Origin: Malacoraja senta
Lineage: Eukaryota
DNA: 48,485 nucleotides
NCBI GenBank assembly: GCA_038087875.1
Contig: JAXLNO010000502.1
Coordinates: forward strand, 62,001-110,485
Direction of reading: 5' to 3'
The notes beneath the pieces were generated by a model. That model was not told where the DNA came from and did not search any database. It saw only the letters and a list, made by a program, of their open reading frames with translations. Positions 1 to 10,500 of the stretch are shown here, piece by piece (the stretch's first letter is position 1; each line of letters starts with the position of its first letter). The position numbers were made by a program, and so were the translations under genes.

Positions 1-805
1 GAGTACAGGCCCAGTGCCGACAAATGCTCATCATATGTTAAACCACTCATTCCTGCGATCATTCTTGTAAACCTCCTCTGGACCCTCTCCAGAGTCAGCA
101 TATCCTTCCTCAGATATGGTGCCCAAAACTTAAAGATTTGAAGGTCAGTTTATTGTCACGTACCAATTAAGGAACAATACTCCAAATGTGGCCTGACCAG
201 CGCCATATAGAGCCCCAGCAATACATCTGTGTGCCTCAAAAAGGCTGCCAGCCATCAGACTATTAAACACAACTTCAAACAAACTCTAACAGCCTATTGC
301 ACTTTATCTGTTTATTTATGTGTGTGTATATATATTCTATGGTATATGGACACACTGATCTGATCTGTATTTATGCCTACAATATTCTGTTGTGCTGCAG
401 CAAGCAAGAATTTCATTGTCCTATCTGGGACACATGACAATAAACACTCTTGACTCTTGTATTCTAGCCCTCTTGAAATAAAAGTTATATATAAATGACG
501 GATGAGAATTGGAAGGGGTATATTGTCATTTGATACAGATAGTGATACAGATAACTTGCAAGTTAAAACCGTAGTAAGTCGGGCAAATGCTATGTTAGAT
601 AGATACAAAAAGCTGGAGTAAGTCAGCGGGACAGGCAGCATCTCTGGAGAGAAGGAGTGGGCGAAGTTTCGGGTTGAGATCCTTCTTCAGACTTTTCTCA
701 ACCCAAGCATCTGCAGTTCCTTCCTACACAAATGCCACATTAGCATTTAGATTTGATAAAGGAGCTTGAGGTTAAGGAGTCATTAGGAGGTAGTGACCAT
801 AATAT

Positions 806-849
806 GATAATAATAATAATAATAATAATTATAATAATAATAATAATAA
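806..849 (+). repeat. (TAA)n microsatellite
   Basis: Directly visible; produces the poly-Ile ORFs. Confidence 0.95.
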
Positions 850-1242
850 ACTTTATTTTGGACACAAGGTCCAGACAACGGACAACATTACATAATAATG
901 CATTGCATATTAAAAACATCATAAAGTACATATGGTCAAGTTTTATCTACAATTGGAGAGGGAGAAATGTAAATCGGAGGTGTCGGTGTTGCAGTTGAAT
1001 AAAGGGGACTATGGAGCCATGAAGGAGGAGCTGGCCAAAGTTGACTGGAAAGATACCCTAGCAGGGATGACAGTGGAACAACAATGGTTATTTCTGGGAA
1101 TAACACAGAAGGTGCAGGATCAGTTCATTCCAAAGAGGAAGAAAGATTCCAAGGGGAGTAAGGGGCGACCGTGGCTGACAAGGGACGTCAGGGACAGTAT
1201 AAAAATAAAAGAGAAGTACAACGTAGCAATGATGAGCGGGAA

Positions 1243-2595
1243 AGTCAACTTTATTTGTCACAAACACAAACAAAATGCGCAGTAAAACAAAAGTGGCAAT
1301 GCCTGCGGATTGTGCAAAAACAGCAGAACAACAGAACAGAACCAGTATTTACATTTTAGAAAAAGTAAAATAAAAAAAGACACAACACAACAGTAAATTA
1401 GTCCCTGATGAGATAAGTATTTACAGTCCTGATAGCCCGTGGGAAGAAACTCCGTCTCATCCTCTCCGTTTTCACAGCGTGACAGCGGAGGCGCTTGCCT
1501 GACCGTAGCAGCTGGAACAGTCCGTTGCTGGGGTGGTAAGGGTCCCTCACTATGTAGCTGGCTCTGGATCTGCACCTCCTGGTCCTGCAGGGGGATGAGT
1601 GTAGTTCCATCGTGAGTTCGGCCGAACGCACTACTTTCTACAGAGCCTTCCTGCCCTGGGTAGATTGAGATGTTGCCGGACAAGATGCTTTCGATAGCCC
1701 CAGAGTAGAAGCACTGAAGGATCCTCAGAGGCTCTGAATTTCCTCAGCTGCCTGAGGTGGTAAAGGCGCTGCCTTGCCTTACTCACCAGTGCGGCAGTGT
1801 GTATTGTCCATGTCAGATCCTCTGTGATGTGGACTCCCAGGTATTTAAAGTTGCTCAACCCTATCCGCAGTCATCTTTGGCATTAATTCCAGCAACATCA
1901 ACCGACTCCAACTGGTCCAGAATGCAGCTGCCCGACTCATCACCCACACCAAATCCTGGCACCACATCACCCCAGTTCTCAAAGAACTTCACTGGCTTCC
2001 CATTTCCCACCGGATCATCTACAAAATCCTGGTCCTCACCTACAAAGCCCTCAACCACTTGGCCCCCCCTTATCTCACTGACCTCCTCTCCCCCTACCAA
2101 CCCTCACGGTCCCTCAGATCCACATCAGCTGGTCTCCTCTCCACTCCGAAATCAAACCTCTGCACTTTTGGAGGCAGAGCCTTCTCCAGGGCAGCTCCCA
2201 GGCTCTGGAATTCCCTCCCACAACTGATCCGAAATTCTGAGTCCCTCACCATCTTCCAGTCCCGCCTCAAGACCCATCTCTTCACCTCTGCATACCCTTA
2301 GTCCCGTGTCCCCCTCCCCTTTGCATCTCTGTCTTACTGCTCTATTTTTTAATTTTTTTTTGACTCTCAATGTAAAGCGACTTTGAGTCCTTGAAAAGCG
2401 CTATATAAATAAAATGTATTATTATTATCCCACTTATCTCCAGTGGCGTGTATGTCCTCGGATATTGAGCCCTTCTAAAGTCCGCAATCAGCTCCTTAGT
2501 TTTTGTGACATTCAAGAGGAGGCTATTGTCCTGACACCTGAGTGCCAGATCAGCCTTCTCATCGTTATCGGAGATCAGGCACACCACCACAGTGG
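1243..2595 (-). mobile_element. Rex1/Babar-type LINE 3' portion, interrupted by an L2
   Basis: FKYLGVHITEDLTW...KARQRLYHLRQLRKF and LLNVTKTKELIADFRR motifs. Confidence 0.8.
1865..2428 (+). mobile_element. L2 LINE 3' end
   Basis: QNAAAR...ITPVLKELHWLP...APPYL...SRSLRS; tail gtaaagcgactttgag...aataaaatgtattattatta. Confidence 0.85.
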
Positions 2596-2892
2596 AGGTG
2601 TTCGGTGAAGCGATCGCCAAGCCTACGCTTGGTCTCACTAGCCAAGAATATAAATGAGGTTAGTAAAAGCCTCATTAGGTATGTGAAAAGGAAAAAAATA
2701 GCTAAGACCAAAGTTGGATCTTTGTAGGCTGAAAAAGGTGAATTTATAATGGGGAACAAGGAAATGGCAGATGAGGTGAACAGGTACTTTGGATCCATCT
2801 TCACTACGGAGGACACAAACAATCTTCCTGATGTACTAGTGGCCAGAGGCTCTAGGGTGATGGAGGAACTGAAGGAAATGCACATAAGGCAG

Positions 2893-4219
2893 AAAAACAA
2901 GGGGGCAGTTTATTATCTCAATGGGGTTAGGTTAGGCAAGCGGGAGGTGCAACGAGACCAGGGCGTCCTTGTACACCAGTCACTGAAAGTTGGTGTGCAG
3001 GTACATAGATACATAGATACATAGAAAATAGGTGCAGGAGTAGGCCATTCGGCCCTTCGAGCCTGCACCGCCATTCAATATGATCATGGCTGATCATCCA
3101 ACTCAGTATCCCGTACCTGCCTTCTCTCCATACCCCCTGATCCCTTTAGCCACAAGGGCCACATCTAACTCCCTCTTAAATATAGCCAATGAACTGGCCT
3201 CAACTACCCTCTGTGGCAGAGAGTTCCAGAGATTCACCACTCTGTGTGAAAAAGTTTTTCCTCATCTCGGTCTTAAAGGATTTCCCCCTTATCCTTAAGC
3301 TGTGACCCCTTGTCCTGGACTTCCCCAACATCGGGAACAATCTTCCTGCATCTAGCCTGTCCAACCCCATAAGAATTTTGTACGTTTCTATAAGATCCCC
3401 TCTCAATCTCCTAAATTCTAGCGAGTATAAGCCAAGTCTATCCAGTCTTTCTTCATATGAAAGTCCTGACATCCCAGGAATTAGTCTGGTGAACCTTCTC
3501 TGCACTCCCTCTATGGCTATAATGTCCTTCCTCAGATTTGGAGGGTAACTAATGTTACAGCAGGCAGTGAAGAAAGCTAATGGAATGTTGGCCTTCATAA
3601 CAAGAGGATTTCAGTATAGGAGTAAAGAGGTTCTTCTGCAATTGTATAGGACTCTGGTGAGACCACATCTGGAGTATTGTGTCCAGTTGTGGTCTTCTAA
3701 TTTGAGGAAGGACATCCTTGTGATTGAGGCAGTGCAGCGTAGGTTCACGAGATTGATCCCTGGGATGATGGGACTGTCAAATGAGGAAAGATTGAAAAGA
3801 CTAGGCTTGTATTCATTGGAGGAGGAGGGGCGATCTTATAGAAACATATAAAAATTATAAAAGGACTGGACAAGCTAGATGCAGGAAAAATGTTCCCAAT
3901 GTTGGGCGAGTCCAGAACCAGGGGCCACAGTCTTAGAATAAAGGGGAGGCCATTTAAGACTGAAGTGAGAAAAAACGTTTTCACCCAGAGTTGTCAATTT
4001 GTGGAATTCCCTGCCACAGAGGGCAGTGGAGGCCAAGTCACTGGATGGATTTAAGAGAGAGTTAGATAGAGCTCTAGGGGCTAGTGGAGTCAAGGGATAT
4101 GGGGAGAAGGCAGGCACTGGTTATTGATTGGGGACGATCAGCCATGATCACAATGAATGGCAGTGCTGGCTCGAAGGGCCGAATGGCCTCCTCCTGCACC
4201 TATTTTCTATGTTTCTATG
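2893..4219 (+). mobile_element. CR1 3' fragment nested in the older CR1; contains an antisense CR1 3' end (3003-3543)
   Basis: [19 protein letters not shown] motifs, CR1 3' hairpin and (ctatgttt) tail; the host CR1 resumes at ~4220. Confidence 0.85.
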
Positions 4220-5201
4220 AAATGGTGTTGGGTAGACTGATGGGACTGAAGGCTGATAAATCCCCAGGGCCTGATGGTTTGCATCCCAGGGTACTTAAGG
4301 AAGTGGCTCTAAAATCGTGATGCATTGGTGATAATTTTCCAATGTTCTATAGATTCAGGATCAGTTCCTGTGGATTGGAGGGTAACTAATGTTAGCCCAC
4401 TTTTTAAGAATGGCGGGAGAGAGAAAACAGGGAATTATAGACCAGTTAGCCTGACATTGGTGTTGGGGAAGATACTGGAGTCAATTATAAAAGATGAAAA
4501 TAGCAGCACATTTGGATAGCAGTAACAGGATCGGTCCGAGTCAGCATGATTTACTACGGGGAAATCATGCTTGACTAATCTTCTGGAATTTTTGAGGATA
4601 TAACTAGGAAAATGGACAAGGGAGATCCAGTGGATATAGTGTACCTGGACTTTCAGAAAGCATTTGATAAGGTCCCACATAGGAGATTAGTGGGCAAAAT
4701 TAGGGCACATTGTATTGTGGGTAGAGTGGACAGAGAGGATAGAAAATTGGTTGGCGGACAGAAAACAGAGAGTGGGGATTAACGGGTCCCTTTCAGAATG
4801 GCAGGCTGTGACTAGTGGGGTACCGCAAGGCTCGGTGCTGCGACCACAGCTATTTACAATATACATCAATGATTTGGATGAAGGGATTCAAAGTAACATT
4901 AGAAAATTTGCGGATTTCACAAAGCTGGGTGGCAGTGTGAACTGTGAGGAGGATGCTATGAGAATGCAGGGTGACTTGGACAGCTTGGGGGAGTGGGCAG
5001 ATGCATGGCACATGAAGTTTAATGTGGATAAATGTGAGGTTATCCACTTTGGTAGCAAAAACAGGAAGGCAGATTACTATCTAAATGGCGTCAAGTTGGG
5101 AAAAGGGGAAGTACAACGGGATCTGGGGGGTCCTTGTCCACCAGTCTATGAAAGTAAGCATGCAGGTACAACAGGCAGTGAAGAAAGCGATCGGCATGTT
5201 G

Positions 5202-6261
5202 TAGGTATGTTACAAAACTTACCTTCAGTCGCGCTGTAATTCTGCCACTGTCCGTGTGCGCGATTTTGGCGCCTTTAAGGGGGGGGGGTTAAAACGCGGG
5301 TTTCTCCTCCCTTGTCCTGAATTATATTTCGTTGGAGTACAAGCGTTGGCTGACAAATCGTTCCTGGCGGCGTTTTGTGAATTTTTTATTTTTATTAAAT
5401 CGTCAATGTCAGCGCTGGAGTAATTTTAAAAGCAGCTCCTGAAGCGTCAACGCCGATAACGGGGACGGATTTCACACACGGGACAGGTAAACGAAAGTGG
5501 TTTCTTTAAATGTATAAAAGTGCTTCTTAAGAAGCCTTTAATTCACATTTTTACATGCGACACGGTGATTTTATTCCCCGAATTAACGGCAGTATTTTTC
5601 ATGCCAATACGGGGTTAAATTCACCGCAAATGAACGTTCCAAAAGATCGCGTTCCAGAAATCCTCACTCGCAAGATGATTTAAATGCCCATTAATTTACA
5701 GGTATTAAACATTCAATTCCTTCCATTTGGCCTGTAAATTCATGAAAACGAGATTTAAAAATTATGTTATATTGTGAATTATTGTGTGAATGTTATTTGG
5801 ACACTTAGGCTATTTAAAAATGTTAATCTATTCTTAAGAAATTGATAGATGTTTAGATCTAGTAATTGAATTTTGTAATTAGCTACAATTAGGTAACTAA
5901 CTAATTATATGCTTTACTTTCATGTCTTCTAAGTAAGATTGTTTCATATTTGTTTCAGAATGCTTCAATCTATAATAACTGAAAATTTCTTTCAGTTATC
6001 TTAATTTTTAAGAAAGTTATGGGCTCGAGAAGTTATGGGCTTAAGAAAGAAACTGTCCTCGATCACAGCTTTCGTGTTAAGTCAATGGAAAACAATAGGG
6101 AACAAGATGCTAATTTCCGAGTATGAAAATGGCCATAACTTCTTTAATACTGAAGATATGAAAGTGAATTAGGTGTCAAATTAAACTTCTTTTTATGCTT
6201 TATCTGATGGGATAAATTGCAGACTTTATTTTTTAAATCTCAAAATTTTGTAACATTGCTA
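5202..6261. mobile_element. Non-autonomous DNA transposon (1060 bp) inserted in CR1
   Basis: Imperfect TIRs TAGGTATGTTACAAAA / TTTTGTAACATTGCTA; direct repeat CATGTTG at 5195-5201 and 6262-6268; the CR1 sequence rejoins across it; no ORF. Confidence 0.85.
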
Positions 6262-6721
6262 CATGTTGGCCTTGATAACAAGAGTAGTTGACTATAGCAG
6301 CAAAGAGGTCCTTCTGCAGTTGTACAGAGCTATAGTGAGACCACACCTGGAGCACTGTGTGCAGTTTTGGTCCCCTAATTTGCTCCTTTACTCGATTCCT
6401 CTTGTTATCAAGGCCAATGAACATGCCATTCGCTTTCTTCACTGCCTGCTGCACCTGCATGCTTACTTTTTAAACCTTCACTTTAATCAGAAGGAGGTGA
6501 ATCTGTGGAATGCATTGCCAGGGTAGGCTGTGGAGATCAAGTCAATGAATATTTTTTATTAGTGCGGGTGTCAGAGGGAATGGGGAGAAGGCGGGAGAAT
6601 GGGGTTGGAGGGGGAGAGATAATGGGGGAGTAGACTTGATGGGCCGAAAAGCCTAATTCTGATCCTATCACTTACGAACGCAAACGCAGGACGGGCCGAA
6701 TGGCTTCGGGGTCTCTCTCAC

Positions 6722-6782
6722 CTTGGACGGTCATCAGTCCCAGCGAGCAGACAGCGCGGCGGCTGAGGCTGGCAGAGGCCAT
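6722..6782 (-). CDS. First coding exon of a divergent gene (MASASLSRRAVCSLGLMTVQ|G), mitochondrial-presequence-like; possibly CSKMT/METTL12
   Basis: Strong Kozak gacgccATGG and donor AAG|gtgaga (phase 1) in a CpG island. The peptide is Arg/Ser/Ala-rich with no acidic residues. Identity is inferred only from the human head-to-head C11orf98-CSKMT arrangement. No further exon was found in 1-6720. Confidence 0.6.
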
Positions 6783-6839
6783 GGCGTCGCTCACAAAGAT
6801 GGCGCAGACCAACCGTCAGCCGCGGCACGCGCCGGCTCC

Positions 6840-7133
6840 GTCCCTCGTGACCGGCACCGCATACGTCACCCTCGGGACCGCCCATCCCACGTGATGCTCA
6901 TCGGCTGCGTCACTTTCGGGTCCGCCCCGTCCCACGTGACCGTCAGCGACTTCGTCACCTTCGGGACCTCCCCGTCCCACGTGAGCCTCATCGGCTACGT
7001 CACCTTCGGGTCCGCCACGTCCCACGTGACCGTCAGCCAAACGTCACCTCGTGACCGCCCCGTCCCACGTGACCGTCAGCCATACGTCACTTCGGGACCG
7101 CCCCGTCCCACGTGAGCCTCATCGGCTACGTCA
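6840..7133. repeat. ~45-bp minisatellite (about 6.5 units, alternating subtypes) in the promoter
   Basis: CACGTG at 6888, 6933, 6978, 7023, 7066 and 7109 (spacing 45,45,45,43,43); each unit also carries CGTCA. Confidence 0.9.
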
Positions 7134-7160
7134 CATAGAAACATAGACAATAGGTGCAGG

Positions 7161-7258
7161 GTCTGAAGAAGGGTTTCGGCCCGAAACGTTGCCTATTTCC
7201 TTCGCTCCATAGATGCTGCTGCACCCGCTGAGTTTCTCCAGCATTGTTGTGTACCTAC
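7161..7258 (+). mobile_element. Penelope-like element terminal remnant with minimal hammerhead core
   Basis: CTGAAGA-A-GGGT(TTCG)GCCC-GAAACGTT. The same ~95-bp module recurs at ~19908-20000, 28369-28462 and 39429-39522, with degenerate copies at 601-692, 35540-35860 and 42834-43100. Confidence 0.7.
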
Positions 7259-7430
7259 TAGAATCTTTGGTGGGGACCCTAGGCCAGCATGGACATGCAT
7301 GGACCAGCATGGACCCTGGGCCAGCAGGGACCAGCATGGACATGGCGGGCCAAAGGGCCGGTTTCCTGTTCCAGGCCTTTTAAACCCGGCCCCGCCCATT
7401 AATAGACACGTCAGTTCCGGTGGGGGCAAA

Positions 7431-7466
7431 ATGGCGCCCGGCGGAAAAATCAACCGACCCCGAACC
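7431..7466 (+). CDS. C11orf98: C11orf98 coding exon 1 (MAPGGKINRPRT)
   Basis: ATG in context aaaATGG; donor gtgagc at 7467; phase 0. Confidence 0.95.
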
Positions 7467-7544
7467 GTGAGCGAGGGAGAAAGGGAGAGGGAGAAGGAGA
7501 AGGGAGAGGGAGGAGAGGGAGGAGAGGGAGGGAGAAGGGAGGGG

Positions 7545-7596
<52 letters not shown>

Positions 7597-10500
7597 AGTG
7601 GGTGAGGGGAGTGGGTGAGGGAGGGAGGGGGAGAGGGAGGGGGAGAGGGAGGGGGAGAGGGAGGGGGAGAGGGAGGGGGAGAGAGAGGGAGGAGAGGGGG
7701 GAGGGATGAGGGGAGAGGGAGAAGGGGGAGAGGGAGAGGGGAAAGGAGGAGAGGGAGGAGAGGGAGGAGAGGGAGGAGAGGGAGAGGGGAGGGGGAGAGG
7801 GAGAGAGAGAGAGAGGGGGAGGGAGGGGAGGGGAATGGCACGCGTGGGTAATGCAGCCATGTGAGTCCATTACTGATCATCCTCTCACCAACCAGAGAGC
7901 GGTGATGAAGTCTTACCTCATTGGAGACTGTTGGATTACCTTTATTGGGCTTTAGCTCGCACTAAACGTTATTGCCTGCATCTGTACATAGAAAATAGGT
8001 GCAGGAGTAGGCCATTCGGCCCTTTGAGCCTGCACCGCCATTCAATATGATCATGGCTGATCATCCAACTCAGTATCCCGTACCTGCCTTCTCTCCATAC
8101 CCCCTGATCCCTTTAGCCACAAGGGCCACATCTAACTCCCTCTTAAATATAGCCAATGAATTGGCCTCGACTATCTTCTGTGGCAGAGAATTCCAGCGAT
8201 TCACCACTCTCTGTGTGAAAAATGTTTTTCTCATCTCGGTCCTAAAAGATTTCCCCCTTATCCTTAAACTGTGACCCCTTGTTCTGGACTTCCCCAACAT
8301 TGGGAACAATCTTCCTGCATCTAGCCTGTCCAACCCCTTAGGAATTTTGTAAGTTTCTATAAGATCCCCCCTCAATCTTCTAAATTCTAGCGAGTACAAG
8401 CTGAGTCTATCCAGTCTTTCTTCATATGAAAGTCCTGCCATCCCAGGAAACAGTCTGGTGAACCTTCTCTGTACTCCCTCTATGGGAAGTACACTGTGGG
8501 CAGCTTGATGGTCATCATGTATAGTCTTTCTGCTGATTGGATAGCAGGCCACGGTAAAACCTGGCTGTAACTTGGTGGCGGTGAGAACAATCAACTACAG
8601 ACATGGCGGCAGAAGTCTGTCGTGGCCACGAGGCACTCTGCTCACGGCCCGGCCTCTGGCTCGTATGTATACATGCTGGATATTCCACAGCTGGAGAAGG
8701 TCGGGAGTGAAATGTTTCCTGGAGTTAGGTCTCATAAGAAGTGACAGGAGTAGAATTAGGCCATTCAGCTCATCAAGTCTAGGCTCTAGGGGCTAGTGGA
8801 GTCAAGGGATATGGGGAGAAGGCAGGCACGGGTTATTGATTGGGGACGATCAGCCATGATCACAATGTATGGCGGTGCTGGCTTGAAGGGCCGAATGGCC
8901 TCCTCCTGCACCTATTTTCTATGTTTCTAAGTCTGCCATTCAATCATGGCTGATCTATCCCTCACAACCTCATTCTCCTGCGTTCTCCCCATAACCTCTT
9001 GACACCCGTACTAATCAAGAATCTATCTATCTCTGCCTTAAAAATATCCACTGACTTGGCCTCCACAGCCTTCTGTGGCAAAGAATTCCACAGATGCACC
9101 ACCCTCTGATTAAAGAAATTCCTCCTCATCTCCTTCCGAAAAGAACGTCCTTTAATTCTGAGGCTGTGACCTCTAGTCCTAGACTCTCCCCACTCGACTG
9201 GAGAACTGACATCCAGTGGGACTGGTGGGAATTTTCTGCTGGGATCTGGGATAGGCACGATGGGCTGAATGGCTTTTATTTGCGGCCTAGTACAGTGTGA
9301 GTTACATGAGGCTGATGGGCAATGTTTGCCGTCTTCATTCAGTCTTAACTCCTCTTCCTTTTGCCTTTCCAGGAATTACAGAGAAGTTATTTGAAGAGGA
9401 GAAACGTTGCCAGGAAGGGGAAGAAGCGCATCGTTGGTGCGGTGATTGACGAGGGGCTGATCACCATCCATCACCTGAAGAAGCGAAGGTGAGGGAGGTG
9501 GGCGATAGGCTGGGCTTGCTGTGTCCCGTCTGTGGGAGTGTTTGCTGGTTCCGTTCCCATGTGATGACGATCTGTGGTCTACTCCCCTGTGGCTAACCAA
9601 GTGGGGTTTTTTTGGTTTAAAAAAAAATAATTATTAGAAGCAGTGTACAAAAATATAAGCAGCGGCATATGACATAATACAGTTATAGTACAGCTTCAAT
9701 TTGGTTTTTAGCTAAAGTTAATAGAAAAGAAGAGAGAAAAAGCAAGAGAGAGAAAAAGTGAAGAATAGAACTCGTAGACTACCAAATTGGTGTAGCCAAA
9801 GAGTGAGTAAGTAAAAGAAATAAGAAAGACGTAGAGAAATAAAAAGACAAAAACAGAAAGAAAAACAAAAGGTGATGATATACCTGCCTCGTATCCCTCC
9901 CCACCCATCACCCAACCCGTAATTAGATTTAACTCCAAAAATGTGTTGCACCATACTATCCTTGTAATGAATCAATGAATGGTGTCCATGTCTTCGAAAA
10001 ATGCTCTGGTGTTTCTGCTAAGACAAGTCTAATATTTTCAAGATGTAGCGTCTCAGACATGTTTGTAATCCACATTTTAAGAGTAGGGGCAGATGTATGT
10101 TTATCCTTTAAAAATAGATTGGATGGGTATATGGACGGGAAAGGAATGGAGGGATATGGTCTGAGTGCAGGTAGATGGGACTAGGGGGAAGTAAGAATAA
10201 AGAAGGGGAAAAAAAGTGTTCGGCACGGACTTGAAGGGCCGAGATGGCCTGTTTCCGTGCTGTAATGGTTATATAGTTATGGTTATGTTTCCAAAATTTG
10301 TGAGTATTAGTTTTTTCGCCGTTATCAGACCATAATTGAGGAAAACGTCTGAAATATTGATAGCTCAGAGCAGGCTTCTGACGTTCCTAGAATAATCAGT
10401 TCCATGGCTAGCCAAGTGTTGACGTGAAATAAAGATGTGTCACGGTGGCGCAACAGTAGAGCTGCTGCCTTAAGGACCTGTCCCACTTGGGCGTCATTTG

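Larger units (their letters stand above)
738..6670 (+). mobile_element. Old fragmented CR1 LINE (pieces ~738-1240, 2640-2892, 4220-5201, 6262-6670) split by later insertions
   Basis: Colinear CR1 ORF2 pieces (SLGGSDHNM; KSPGPDGLHPRVLKE; SGVPQGSVL; YINDLD) with frameshifts. Confidence 0.85.
6680..7470. promoter_or_regulatory. CpG-island bidirectional promoter
   Basis: CpG-rich. YY1-like AAGATGGCG (6796-6804) and AAAATGGCG (7428-7436), GC box ggccccgccc (~7388), ETS-like TTCCGG (7415-7420), CACGTCA (~7407). Two ATG exons face away from each other ~650 bp apart. Confidence 0.8.

Noticed and set aside
740..998. Poly-Ile hydrophobic ORFs
   Set aside because: (TAA)n microsatellite inside a CR1
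6700..6894. + strand ORFs with ATGGCG starts in the CpG island
   Set aside because: No splice donor or homology; better explained as YY1-like motifs and the - strand exon
7193..7880. Pro/Ser/Leu- and Gly/Arg/Glu-rich ORFs
   Set aside because: Low-complexity intron 1 tract; only 7431-7466 is coding
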